The notes beneath the pieces were generated by a model. It ran no database searches. It saw nothing but the letters and a program-made list of their open reading frames with translations, and had not been told where the DNA came from. A program made the position numbers and the translations under genes. Below, piece after piece: positions 1 to 15,000 of a DNA stretch of 64,000 nt. Positions within the stretch are counted from its first letter, which is position 1, and each line of letters starts with the position of its first letter. Source of the stretch: Nemertoderma westbladi (taxonomy: Eukaryota; Animalia; Xenacoelomorpha); NCBI GenBank assembly GCA_032718475.1, contig JAUCBJ010009074.1, positions 13,479 through 77,478 of the forward strand. The letters run 5' to 3'.

Positions 1-3000
1 TTGCTTCGTTTTTCCCCTGTAGATGGATGAATTTTGATTGCGTCGGAACACCCCCTTTTTGAGGCTCTCAGAGTGGAGAGATAAGTAGCCTATCTCCCTG
101 TTAATATTGTTGTGTTCTAGAATATTTATTATAGTTTCATCGTATTGCCAAAGCGGCTGGAGCCAAAGTTAATATGTAATACAATAATTCACCTCAAATA
201 TCTCAGCTATTTCATGAACATAATGAAGTATTAAAGCCATGTCAAAATCCTTGGTGTTTTTCAGCAATAATTAATCAAAATATCCTTTGATTTTTTTCAA
301 AAACCACATCGCTTTTTATATTTATAACTTCTAACCCACTCCATGAGATAGCGAATCTTAAATGAAAGTCAAAAGAACAGGTAACACTTACATTTATAGA
401 AGTAATCAGCTGTTATTTGCTTCGTCTTTCCCCTGCAGATGGATGAAATTTGATTGCGTCGGAACACCCCGTTTTTGAGGCTCTCAGAGTGAAGAGATAA
501 GTAGCCTATCTCCCTGTTAATATTGTTGTGTTCTAGAATATTTATTATAGTTTAATAATCGTCAAATATCTCAGTTTTTTCATGAACATAATGAAGTATT
601 AAAGCCATGTCAAAATCCTTGGGGTTTTTCAGCAATAATTTATCAAAATATCCTCTGATTTTTTTCAAAAACCACATCGATTTTCATATTTATAACTTCT
701 AATCCACTCCACGAGATAGAGAATCTTAAACAAAAGTCATAAGAACAGGTAACACTTTCCTTTATAGAAGTATTCAGCTGTTATTTGCTTCGTCTTTCCC
801 CAGGAGATGGATGAACTTTGATTGCGTCGGAACTCCCCCTTTTTGAGGCTCTCAGAGTGGAGGGATAAGTAGCCTATCTCCCTGTTAATATTGTTGTGTT
901 CTGGAATATTTATTATAGTTTCATCGTATTGCCAAAGCGGCTGGTGCCGAAGTTAATATGTGATACAATAATTCACCTCAAATATCTCAGCTATTTCATG
1001 AATATAATGAGTATTAAATCCTTGTCAAAATCCTTGGTTTTTTTCAGCAATAATTTATTAAAATCTCCTCTGATTTTTTTCAAAAAACGACAACGATTTT
1101 CATATTCACGACTTCTATCCCAGTCCACAAGATAAAGAATCTTAAACGAAAGTCAAAAAACAGGTAACACTTACATTTATAGAAGTAATCAGCTGTTATT
1201 TGCTTCGTCTTTCCCCAGGAGATGGATGAACTTTGATTGCGTCGGAACACCCCCTTTTTGAGGCTCTCAGAATGAAGAGATAAGTAGCCTATCTTCCTGT
1301 TAATATTGTTGTGGTCTAGAATTTTTATTATAGTTTCATCGTATTGCTAATGTGGCTAGAGTTAAATTTATTATGTAATGCAATAATTCACTTCAAATAT
1401 CTCAGTTTTTTCATGAATATAATGAGTATTAAAGCCATGTCAAAATCCTTGGGGTTTTTCAGCAATAATTTATCAAAATATCCTCAGATTTTTTACAAAA
1501 AACGACATCGATTTTCATATTCATGATTTCTAACCCACTCCACAAGATAAACAATCTTAAATGAAAGTCAAAAGAACAGGTAACACTTACATTTATAGAA
1601 GTAATCAGCTATTCTTTGCTTCGTCTTTCCCCTGGAGATGGATGAATTTTGATTGCGTCGGAACACCCCCTTTTTGAGGCTCTCAGAGTGGAGAGATAAG
1701 TAGCCTATCTCCCTGTTAATATTGTTGTGTTCTAGAATATTTAATATAGTTTCATCGTATTGCCAAAGCGGCTGGAGCCAAAGTTAATATGTAACGCAAT
1801 AATTCACCTCAAATATCTCAGCTATTTCATGAATATAATGATTATTAAAGCCATGTCAAAATCCTTGGGGTTTTTCAGCAATAATTTATCAAAATATCCT
1901 CAGATTTTTTACAAAAAACGACATCGTTTTTCATATTCATGACTTCTAACCCACTCCAAAAGATAAAGAATCTTAAATGAAAGTCAAAGGAGCAGGTAAC
2001 ACTTTCATTTATAGAAGTAATCAGCTGTTCTTTGCTTCGTCTTTCCCCAGGAGATGGATGAATTTTGATAGCGTCAGAACACCCCCTTTTTGAGGCTCTC
2101 AGAGTGGAGAGATAAGTAGCCTATCTCTCTGTTAATATTGTTGGGTTCTAGAATATTTATTATAGTTTCATCGTATTGCTAATGTGGCTGCAGTTAAAGT
2201 TATTATGTAATGCAATAATTCAACTCAAATATCTCAGTTTTTTCATGAACATAATGAAGTATTAAAGCCATGTCAAAATCCTTGGGGTTTTTCAGCAATA
2301 ATTTATCAAAATATCCTCAGATTTTTTACAAAAAACGACATCGTTTTTCATATTCATGACTTCTAACCCACTGTAAAAGATAAAGAATCTTAAATGAAAG
2401 TCAAAGGAGCAGGTAACACTTTCATTTATACATCGATTTTCATATTTATAACTTCTAATCCACTCCACAAGATAGAGAATCTTAAATGAAAGTCAAAAGA
2501 ACAGGTAACACTTACATTTATAGAAGTAATCAGCTGTTATTTGCTTCGTCTTTCCCCTGCAGATGGATGAAATTTGATTGCGTCGGAACACCCCGTTTTT
2601 GAGGCTCTCAGAGTGAAGAGATAAGTAGCCTATCTCCCTGTTAATATTGTTGTGTTCTAGAATATTTATTATAGTTTAATAATCGTCAAATATCTCAGTT
2701 TTTTCATGAACATAATGAAGTATTAAAGCCATGTCAAAATCCTTGGGGTTTTTCAGCAATAATTTATCAAAATATCCTCTGATTTTTTTCAAAAACCACA
2801 TCGATTTTCATATTTATAACTTCTAATCCACTCCACGAGATAGAGAATCTTAAACAAAAGTCATAAGAACAGGTAACACTTTCCTTTATAGAAGTATTCA
2901 GCTGTTATTTGCTTCGTCTTTCCCCTGGAGATGGATGAATTTTGATTGCGTCGGAACACCCCCTTTTTGAGGCTCTCAGAGTGGAGAGATAAGTAGCCTA

Positions 3001-6000
3001 TCTCCCTGTTAATATTGTTGTGTTCTAGAATATTTAATATAGTTTCATCGTATTGCCAAAGCGGCTGGAGCCAAAGTTAATATGTAACGCAATAATTCAC
3101 CTCAAATATCTCAGCTATTTCAAGAATATAATGAGTATTAAAGCCATGTCAAAATCCTTGGGGTTTTTCAGCAATAATTTATCAAAATATCCTCAGATTT
3201 TTTACAAAAAACGACATCGTTTTTCATATTCATGACTTCTAACCCACTCCAAAAGATAAAGAATCTTAAATGAAAGTCAAAGGAGCAGGTAACACTTTCA
3301 TTTATACAAGTAATCAGCTGTTCTTTGCTTCGTCTTTCCCCAGGAGATGGATGAATTTTGATAGCGTCAGAACACCCCCTTTTTGAGGCTCTCAGAGTGG
3401 AGAGATAAGTAGCCTATCTCCCTGTTAATATTGTTGTGTTCTAGAATATTATTAAAGTTTCATCATATTGCCAAAGCGGCTGGAGCCAAAGTTAATATGT
3501 AATACAATAATTCACCTCAAATATCTCAGCTATTTCATGAACATAATGAAGTATTAAAGCCATGTCAAAATCCTTGGGGTTTTTCAGCAATAATTTATCA
3601 AAATATCCTCTGATTTTTTTCAAAAACCACATCGATTTTCGTATTTATAACTTCTAATCCACTCCACGAGATAGAGAATCTTAAACAAAAGTCATAAGAA
3701 CAGGTAACACTTTCCTTTATAGAAGTATTCAGCTGTTATTTGCTTCGTCTTTCCCCTGGAGATGGATGAATTTTGATTGCGTCGGAACACCCCCTTTTTG
3801 AGGCTCTCAGAGTGGAGAGATAAGTAGCCTATCTCCCTGTTAATATTGTTGTGTTCTAGAATATTTATTATAGTTTCATCGTATTGCTAATGTGGCTGCA
3901 GTTAAAGTTATTATGTAATGCAATAATTCACCTCAAATATCTCAGCTTTTTCATGAACATAATGAAGTATTAAAGCCATGTCAAAATCCTTGGGGTTTTT
4001 CAGCAATAATTTATCAAAAGATCCTCAGATTTTTTACAAAAAACGACATCGATTTTCATATTCATATCTTCTAACCCACTCCACAAGATAAAGAATTTTA
4101 AATGAAAGTCAAAGGAGCAGGTAACACTTACATTTATAGAAGTAATCAGCTGTTCTTTGCTTCGTCTTTCCCCTGGAGATGGATGAATTTTGATTGCGTC
4201 GGAACACCCCGATTTTGAGGCTCTCAGATTGAAGAGATAAGTAGCCTATCTCCCTGTTAATATTGTTGTGTTCTAGAATATTATTAAAGTTTCATCATAT
4301 TGCCAAAGCGGCTGGAGCCAAAGTTAATATGTAATACAATAATTCACCTCAAATATCTCAGCTATTTCATGAACATAATGAAGTATTAAAGCCATGTCAA
4401 AATCCTTGGTGTTTTTCAGCAATAGTTAATCAAAATATCCTTTGATTTTTTTCAAAAACCACATCGATTTTTATATTTATAACTTCTAACTCACTCTTTG
4501 AGATAGCGAATCTTAAATGAAAGTCAAAAGAACAGGTAACACTTACATTTATAGAAGTAATCAGCTGTTCTTTGCTTCGTCTTTCCCCTGGAAATGGATT
4601 AATTTTGATTGCGTCGGAACACCCCCTTTTTGAGGCTCTCAGAGTGAAGAGATGAGTAGCCTATCTCCCTGTTAATATTGTTGTGTTCTAGAATATTTAT
4701 TATAGTTTAATAATCGTCAAATATCTCAGTTTTTTCATGAACATAATGAAGTATTAAAGCCATGTCAAAATCCTTGGGGTTTTTCAGCAATAATTTATCA
4801 AAATATCCTCTGATTTTTTTCAAAAACCACATCGATTTTCATATTCATATCTTCTAACCCACTCCACAAGATAAAGAATCTTAAATGAAAGTCAAAAGAG
4901 CAGGTAACACTTACATTTATAGAAGCCATCAGCTGTTGTTTGCTTCGTTTTTCCCCTGTAGATGGATGAATTTTGATTGCGTCGGAACACCCCCTTTTTG
5001 AGGCTCTCAGAGTGGAGAGATAAGTAGCCTATCTCCCTGTTAATATTGTTGTGTTCTAGAATATTTATTATAGTTTCATCGTATTGCCAAAGCGGCTGGA
5101 GCCAAAGTTAATATGTAATACAATAATTCACCTCAAATATCTCAGCTATTTCATGAACATAATGAAGTATTAAAGCCATGTCAAAATCCTTGGTGTTTTT
5201 CAGCAATAATTAATCAAAATATCCTTTGATTTTTTTCAAAAACCACATCGCTTTTTATATTTATAACTTCTAACCCACTCCATGAGATAGCGAATCTTAA
5301 ATGAAAGTCAAAAGAACAGGTAACACTTACATTTATAGAAGTAATCAGCTGTTATTTGCTTCGTCTTTCCCCTGCAGATGGATGAAATTTGATTGCGTCG
5401 GAACACCCCGTTTTTGAGGCTCTCAGAGTGAAGAGATAAGTAGCCTATCTCCCTGTTAATATTGTTGTGTTCTAGAATATTTATTATAGTTTAATAATCG
5501 TCAAATATCTCAGTTTTTTCATGAACATAATGAAGTATTAAAGCCATGTCAAAATCCTTGGGGTTTTTCAGCAATAATTTATCAAAATATCCTCTGATTT
5601 TTTTCAAAAACCACATCGATTTTCATATTTATAACTTCTAATCCACTCCACGAGATAGAGAATCTTAAACAAAAGTCATAAGAACAGGTAACACTTTCCT
5701 TTATAGAAGTATTCAGCTGTTATTTGCTTCGTCTTTCCCCAGGAGATGGATGAACTTTGATTGCGTCAGAACTCCCCCTTTTTGAGGCTCTCAGAGTGGA
5801 GGGATAAGTAGCCTATCTCCCTGTTAATATTGTTGTGTTCTGGAATATTTATTATAGTTTCATCGTATTGCCAAAGCGGCTGGTGCCGAAGTTAATATGT
5901 GATACAATAATTCACCTCAAATATCTCAGCTATTTCATGAATATAATGAGTATTAAATCCTTGTCAAAATCCTTGGTTTTTTTCAGCAATAATTTATTAA

Positions 6001-9000
6001 AATCTCCTCTGATTTTTTTCAAAAAACGACAACGATTTTCATATTCACGACTTCTATCCCAGTCCACAAGATAAAGAATCTTAAACGAAAGTCAAAAAAC
6101 AGGTAACACTTACATTTATAGAAGTAATCAGCTGTTATTTGCTTCGTCTTTCCCCAGGAGATGGATGAACTTTGATTGCGTCGGAACACCCCCTTTTTGA
6201 GGCTCTCAGAATGAAGAGATAAGTAGCCTATCTTCCTGTTAATATTGTTGTGGTCTAGAATTTTTATTATAGTTTCATCGTATTGCTAATGTGGCTAGAG
6301 TTAAATTTATTATGTAATGCAATAATTCACTTCAAATATCTCAGTTTTTTCATGAATATAATGAGTATTAAAGCCATGTCAAAATCCTTGGGGTTTTTCA
6401 GCAATAATTTATCAAAATATCCTCAGATTTTTTACAAAAAACGACATCGATTTTCATATTCATGATTTCTAACCCACTCCACAAGATAAACAATCTTAAA
6501 TGAAAGTCAAAAGAACAGGTAACACTTACATTTATAGAAGTAATCAGCTATTCTTTGCTTCGTCTTTCCCCTGGAGATGGATGAATTTTGATTGCGTCGG
6601 AACACCCCCTTTTTGAGGCTCTCAGAGTGGAGAGATAAGTAGCCTATCTCCCTGTTAATATTGTTGTGTTCTAGAATATTTAATATAGTTTCATCGTATT
6701 GCCAAAGCGGCTGGAGCCAAAGTTAATATGTAACGCAATAATTCACCTCAAATATCTCAGCTATTTCATGAATATAATGAGTATTAAAGCCATGTCAAAA
6801 TCCTTGGGGTTTTTCAGCAATAATTTATCAAAATATCCTCAGATTTTTTACAAAAAACGACATCGTTTTTCATATTCATGACTTCTAACCCACTCCAAAA
6901 GATAAAGAATCTTAAATGAAAGTCAAAGGAGCAGGTAACACTTTCATTTATAGAAGTAATCAGCTGTTCTTTGCTTCGTCTTTCCCCAGGAGATGGATGA
7001 ATTTTGATAGCGTCAGAACACCCCCTTTTTGAGGCTCTCAGAGTGGAGAGATAAGTAGCCTATCTCTCTGTTAATATTGTTGGGTTCTAGAATATTTATT
7101 ATAGTTTCATCGTATTGCTAATGTGGCTGCAGTTAAAGTTATTATGTAATGCAATAATTCACCTCAAATATCTCAGTTTTTTCATGAACATAATGAAGTA
7201 TTAAAGCCATGTCAAAATCCTTGGGGTTTTTCAGCAATAATTTATCAAAATATCCTCAGATTTTTTACAAAAAACGACATCGTTTTTCATATTCATGACT
7301 TCTAACCCACTGTAAAAGATAAAGAATCTTAAATGAAAGTCAAAGGAGCAGGTAACACTTTCATTTATACATCGATTTTCATATTTATAACTTCTAATCC
7401 ACTCCACAAGATAGAGAATCTTAAATGAAAGTCAAAAGAACAGGTAACACTTACATTTATAGAAGTAATCAGCTGTTATTTGCTTCGTCTTTCCCCTGCA
7501 GATGGATGAAATTTGATTGCGTCGGAACACCCCGTTTTTGAGGCTCTCAGAGTGAAGAGATAAGTAGCCTATCTCCCTGTTAATATTGTTGTGTTCTAGA
7601 ATATTTATTATAGTTTAATAATCGTCAAATATCTCAGTTTTTTCATGAACATAATGAAGTATTAAAGCCATGTCAAAATCCTTGGGGTTTTTCAGCAATA
7701 ATTTATCAAAATATCCTCTGATTTTTTTAAAAAACCACATCGATTTTCATATTTATAACTTCTAATCCACTCCACGAGATAGAGAATCTTAAACAAAAGT
7801 CATAAGAACAGGTAACACTTTCCTTTATAGAAGTATTCAGCTGTTATTTGCTTCGTCTTTCCCCAGGAGTTGGATGAACTTTGATTGCGTCGGAACTCCC
7901 CCTTTTTGAGGCTCTCAGAGTGGAGGCATAAGTAGCCTATCTCCCTGTTAATATTGTTGTGTTCTGGAATATTTATTATAGTTTCATCGTATTGCCAAAG
8001 CGGCTGGTGCCGAAGTTAATATGTGATACAATAATTCACCTCAAATATCTCTGCTATTTCATGAATATAATGAGTATTAAATCCTTGTCAAAATCCTTGG
8101 TTTTTTTCAGCAANNNNNNNNNNNNNNNNNNNNNNNNNNNNNNNNNNNNNNNNNNNNNNNNNNNNNNNNNNNNNNNNNNNNNNNNNNNNNNNNNNNNNNN
8201 NNNNNNNNNNNNNCAAAAACCACATCGCTTTTTATATTTATAACTTCTAACCCACTCCATGAGATAGCGAATCTTAAATGAAAGTCAAAAGAACAGGTAA
8301 CACTTACATTTATAGAAGTAATCAGCTGTTATTTGCTTCGTCTTTCCCCTGCAGATGGATGAAATTTGATTGCGTCGGAACACCCCGTTTTTGAGGCTCT
8401 CAGAGTGAAGAGATAAGTAGCCTATCTCCCTGTTAATATTGTTGTGTTCTAGAATATTTATTATAGTTTAATAATCGTCAAATATCTCAGTTTTTTCATG
8501 AACATAATGAAGTATTAAAGCCATGTCAAAATCCTTGGGGTTTTTCAGCAATAATTTATCAAAATATCCTCTGATTTTTTTCAAAAACCACATCGATTTT
8601 CATATTTATAACTTCTAATCCACTCCACGAGATAGAGAATCTTAAACAAAAGTCATAAGAACAGGTAACACTTTCCTTTATAGAAGTATTCAGCTGTTAT
8701 TTGCTTCGTCTTTCCCCAGGAGATGGATGAACTTTGATTGCGTCAGAACTCCCCCTTTTTGAGGCTCTCAGAGTGGAGGGATAAGTAGCCTATCTCCCTG
8801 TTAATATTGTTGTGTTCTGGAATATTTATTATAGTTTCATCGTATTGCCAAAGCGGCTGGTGCCGAAGTTAATATGTGATACAATAATTCACCTCAAATA
8901 TCTCAGCTATTTCATGAATATAATGAGTATTAAATCCTTGTCAAAATCCTTGGTTTTTTTCAGCAATAATTTATTAAAATCTCCTCTGATTTTTTTCAAA

Positions 9001-12000
9001 AAACGACAACGATTTTCATATTCACGACTTCTATCCCAGTCCACAAGATAAAGAATCTTAAACGAAAGTCAAAAAACAGGTAACACTTACATTTATAGAA
9101 GTAATCAGCTGTTATTTGCTTCGTCTTTCCCCAGGAGATGGATGAACTTTGATTGCGTCGGAACACCCCCTTTTTGAGGCTCTCAGAATGAAGAGATAAG
9201 TAGCCTATCTTCCTGTTAATATTGTTGTGGTCTAGAATTTTTATTATAGTTTCATCGTATTGCTAATGTGGCTAGAGTTAAATTTATTATGTAATGCAAT
9301 AATTCACTTCAAATATCTCAGTTTTTTCATGAATATAATGAGTATTAAAGCCATGTCAAAATCCTTGGGGTTTTTCAGCAATAATTTATCAAAATATCCT
9401 CAGATTTTTTACAAAAAACGACATCGATTTTCATATTCATGATTTCTAACCCACTCCACAAGATAAACAATCTTAAATGAAAGTCAAAAGAACAGGTAAC
9501 ACTTACATTTATAGAAGTAATCAGCTATTCTTTGCTTCGTCTTTCCCCTGGAGATGGATGAATTTTGATTGCGTCGGAACACCCCCTTTTTGAGGCTCTC
9601 AGAGTGGAGAGATAAGTAGCCTATCTCCCTGTTAATATTGTTGTGTTCTAGAATATTTAATATAGTTTCATCGTATTGCCAAAGCGGCTGGAGCCAAAGT
9701 TAATATGTAACGCAATAATTCACCTCAAATATCTCAGCTATTTCATGAATATAATGAGTATTAAAGCCATGTCAAAATCCTTGGGGTTTTTCAGCAATAA
9801 TTTATCAAAATATCCTCAGATTTTTTACAAAAAACGACATCGTTTTTCATATTCATGACTTCTAACCCACTCCAAAAGATAAAGAATCTTAAATGAAAGT
9901 CAAAGGAGCAGGTAACACTTTCATTTATAGAAGTAATCAGCTGTTCTTTGCTTCGTCTTTCCCCAGGAGATGGATGAATTTTGATAGCGTCAGAACACCC
10001 CCTTTTTGAGGCTCTCAGAGTGGAGAGATAAGTAGCCTATCTCTCTGTTAATATTGTTGGGTTCTAGAATATTTATTATAGTTTCATCGTATTGCTAATG
10101 TGGCTGCAGTTAAAGTTATTATGTAATGCAATAATTCACCTCAAATATCTCAGTTTTTTCATGAACATAATGAAGTATTAAAGCCATGTCAAAATCCTTG
10201 GGGTTTTTCAGCAATAATTTATCAAAATATCCTCAGATTTTTTACAAAAAACGACATCGTTTTTCATATTCATGACTTCTAACCCACTGTAAAAGATAAA
10301 GAATCTTAAATGAAAGTCAAAGGAGCAGGTAACACTTTCATTTATACATCGATTTTCATATTTATAACTTCTAATCCACTCCACAAGATAGAGAATCTTA
10401 AATGAAAGTCAAAAGAACAGGTAACACTTACATTTATAGAAGTAATCAGCTGTTATTTGCTTCGTCTTTCCCCTGCAGATGGATGAAATTTGATTGCGTC
10501 GGAACACCCCGTTTTTGAGGCTCTCAGAGTGAAGAGATAAGTAGCCTATCTCCCTGTTAATATTGTTGTGTTCTAGAATATTTATTATAGTTTAATAATC
10601 GTCAAATATCTCAGTTTTTTCATGAACATAATGAAGTATTAAAGCCATGTCAAAATCCTTGGGGTTTTTCAGCAATAATTTATCAAAATATCCTCTGATT
10701 TTTTTAAAAAACCACATCGATTTTCATATTTATAACTTCTAATCCACTCCACGAGATAGAGAATCTTAAACAAAAGTCATAAGAACAGGTAACACTTTCC
10801 TTTATAGAAGTATTCAGCTGTTATTTGCTTCGTCTTTCCCCAGGAGTTGGATGAACTTTGATTGCGTCGGAACTCCCCCTTTTTGAGGCTCTCAGAGTGG
10901 AGGCATAAGTAGCCTATCTCCCTGTTAATATTGTTGTGTTCTGGAATATTTATTATAGTTTCATCGTATTGCCAAAGCGGCTGGTGCCGAAGTTAATATG
11001 TGATACAATAATTCACCTCAAATATCTCTGCTATTTCATGAATATAATGAGTATTAAATCCTTGTCAAAATCCTTGGTTTTTTTCAGCAATAATTTATTA
11101 AAATCTCCTCTGATTTTTTTCAAAAAACGACAACGATTTTCATATTCACGACTTCTATCCCAGTCCACAAGATAAAGAACGAAAGTCAAAAAACAGGTAA
11201 CACTTACATTTATAGAAGTAATCAGCTGTTATTTGCTTCGTCTTTCCCCAGGAGATGGATGAACTTTGATTGCGTCAGAACACCCCCTTTTTGAGGCTCT
11301 CAGAATGAAGAGATAAGTAGCCTATCTCCCTGTTAATATTGTTGTGGTCTAGAATTTTTATTATAGTTTCATCGTATTGCTAATGTGGCTAGAGTTAAAT
11401 TTATTATGTAATGCAATAATTCACTTCAAATATCTCAGTTTTTTCATGAATATAATGAGTATTAAAGCCATGTCAAAATCCTTGGGGTTTTTCAGCAATA
11501 ATTTATCAAAATATCCTCAGATTTTTTACAAAAAACGACATCGATTTTCATATTCATGATTTCTAACCCACTCCACAAGATAAACAATCTTAAATGAAAG
11601 TCAAAAGAACAGGTAACACTTTCATTTATAGAAGTAATCAGCTGTTCTTTGCTTCGTCTTTCCCCAGGAGATGGATGAATTTTGATAGCGTCAGAACACC
11701 CCCTTTTTGAGGCTCTCAGAGTGGAGAGATAAGTAGCCTATCTCTCTGTTAATATTGTTGGGTTCTAGAATATTTATTATAGTTTCATCGTATTGCTAAT
11801 GTGGCTGCAGTTAAAGTTATTATGTAATGCAATAATTCACCTCAAATATCTCAGTTTTTTCATGAACATAATGAAGTATTAAAGCCATGTCAAAATCCTT
11901 GGGGTTTTTCAGCAATAATTTATCAAAATATCCTCAGATTTTTTACAAAAAACGACATCGTTTTTCATATTCATGACTTCTAACCCACTGTAAAAGATAA

Positions 12001-15000
12001 AGAATCTTAAATGAAAGTCAAAGGAGCAGGTAACACTTTCATTTATAGAAGTAATCAGCTGTTCTTTGCTTCGTCTTTCCCCAGGAGATGGATGAATTTT
12101 GATAGCGTCAGAACACCCCCTTTTTGAGGCTCTCAGAGTGGAGAGATAAGTAGCCTATCTCCCTGTTAATATTGTTGTGTTCTAGAATATTTATTATAGT
12201 CTCATCGTATTGCTAATGTGGCTGCAGTTAAAGTTATTATGTAATGCAATAATTCACCTCAAATATCTCAGCTATTTCATGAACATAATGAAGTATTAAA
12301 GCCATGTCAAAATCCTTGGTGTTTTTCAGCAATAATTAATCAAAATATCCTTTGATTTTTTTCAAAAACCACAACGATTTTCATATTTATAACTTCTAAC
12401 CCACTCTATGAGATAGCGAATCTTAAATGAAAGTCAAAAGAACAGGTAACACTTACATTTATAGAAATAATCAGCTGTTCTTTGCTTCGTCTTTCCCATG
12501 GAGATGGATGAAATTTGATTGCGTCGGAACACCCCGTTCTTGAGGCTCTCAGAGTGAAGAGATAAGTAGTCTATCTCCCTGTTAATATTGTTGTGTTCTA
12601 GAATATTTATTATAGTTTAATCGTATTACAAAAGCGGCTGGAGCCGAAGTTAATATGTAATACAATAACTCACCTCAAATATCTCAGTTTTTTCATGAAC
12701 ATAATGAAGTATTAAAGCCATGTCAAAATCCTTGGTGTTTTTCTGCAATAATTTATCAAAATCTCCTCCGATTTTTTACAAAAAACGACATCGATTTTCA
12801 TATTTTTGACTTCTATCCCAGTCCACAAGATAAAGAATCTTAAACGAAAGTCAAAAAACAGGTAACACTTACATTTATAGAAGTTATCAGCTGTTATTTG
12901 CTTCGTCTTCCCCTGGAGATGGTTGAATTTTGATTGAGTCAAAACACGCCTCCGTATCTGTGGCTGTCTGAGTGGAGAGATAAGTAGCCTATCTCCATGT
13001 TAATATTGTTGTGTTCTAGAATATTTATTATAGTTTCATCGTATTGCTAAAGTTGCTGGAGTTAAAGTTATTATGTAATGCAATAATTCACCTCAAATAT
13101 CTCAGTTTTTTCATGAACATAATGAAGTATTAAAGCCATGTCAAAATCCTTGGGGTTTTTCAGCAATAATTTATCAAAAGATCCTCAGATTTTTTACAAA
13201 AAACGACATCGATTTTCATATTCATATCTTCTAACCCACTCCACAAGATAAAGAATCTTAAATGAAAGTCAAAGGAGCAGGTAACACTTACATTTATAGA
13301 AGTAATCAGCTGTTCTTTGCTTCGTCTTTCCCCTGGAGATGGATGAATTTTGATTGCGTCGGAACACCCCGTTTTTGAGGCTCTCAGATTGAAGAGATAA
13401 GTAGCCTATCTCCCTGTTAATATTGTTGTGTTCTAGAATATTTATTATAGTTTCATCGTATTGCTAATGTGGCTGCAGTTAAAGTTATTATGTAATGCAA
13501 TAATTCACCTCAAATATCTCAGCTTTTTCATGAACATAATGAAGTATTAAAGCCATGTCAAAATCCTTGGTGTTTTTCAGCAATAATTAATCAAAATATC
13601 CTTTGATTTTTTTCAAAAACCACAACGATTTTCATATTTATAATTTCTAACCCACTCTATGAGATAGCGAATCTTAAATGAAAGTCAAAAGAACAGGTAA
13701 CACTTACATTTATAGAAATAATCAGCTGTTCTTTGCTTTGTCTTTCCCAAGGATATGGATGAAATTTGATTGCGTCGGAACACCCCGTTCTTGAGGCTCT
13801 CAGAGTGAAGAGATAAGTAGCCTATCTCCATGTTAATATTGTTGTGTTCTAGAATATTTATTATAGTTTAATCGTATTACCAAAGCGGCTGGAGCCGAAG
13901 TTAATATGTAATACAATAACTCACCTCAAATATCTCAGTTTTTTCATGAACATAATGAAGTATTAAAGCCATGTCAAAATCCTTGGTGTTTTTCTGCAAT
14001 AATTTATCAAAATCTCCTCCGATTTTTTACAAAAAACGACATCGATTTTCATATTCATGACTTCTATCCCAGTCCACAAGATAAAGAATCTTAAATGAAA
14101 GTCAAAAACAGGTAACACTTACATTTATAGAAGTTATCAGCTGTTATTTGCTTCGTCTTCCCCTGGAGATGGTTGAATTTTGATTGAGTCAAAACACGCC
14201 TCCCTATCTGTGGCTGTCTGAGTGGAGAGATAAGTAGCCTATCTCCATGTTAATTATTGTTGTGTTCTAGAATATTTATTATAGTTTCATCGTATTGCTA
14301 AAGTGGCTGGAGTTAAAGTTATTATGTAATGCAATAATTCACCTCAAATATCTCAGTTTTTTCATGAACATAATGAAGTATTAAAGCCATGTCAAAATCC
14401 TTGGGGTTTTTCAGCAATAATTTATCAAAAGATCCTCAGATTTTTTACAAAAAACGACATCGATTTTCATATTCATATCTTCTAACCCACTCCACAAGAT
14501 AAAGAATCTTAATTGAAAGTCAAAGGAGCAGGTAACACTTACATTTATAGAAGTAATCAGCTGTTCTTTGCTTCGTCTTTCCCCTGGAGATGGATGAATT
14601 TTGATTGCGTCGGAACACCCCGTTTTTGAGGCTCTCAGATTGAAGAGATAAGTAGCCTATCTCCCTGTTAATATTGTTGTGTTCTAGAATATTATTAAAG
14701 TTTCATCATATTGCCAAAGCGGCTGGAGCCAAAGTTAATATGTAATACAATAATTCACCTCAAATTTCTCAGCTATTTCATGAACATAATGAAGTATTAA
14801 AGCCATGTCAAAATCCTTGGTGTTTTTCAGCAATAATTAATCAAAATATCCTTTGATTTTTTTCAAAAACCACATCGATTTTTATATTTATAACTTCTAA
14901 CTCACTCTTTGAGATAGCGAATCTTAAATGAAAGTCAAAAGAACAGGTAACACTTACATTTATAGAAGTAATCAGCTGTTCTTTGCTTCGTCTTTCCCCT

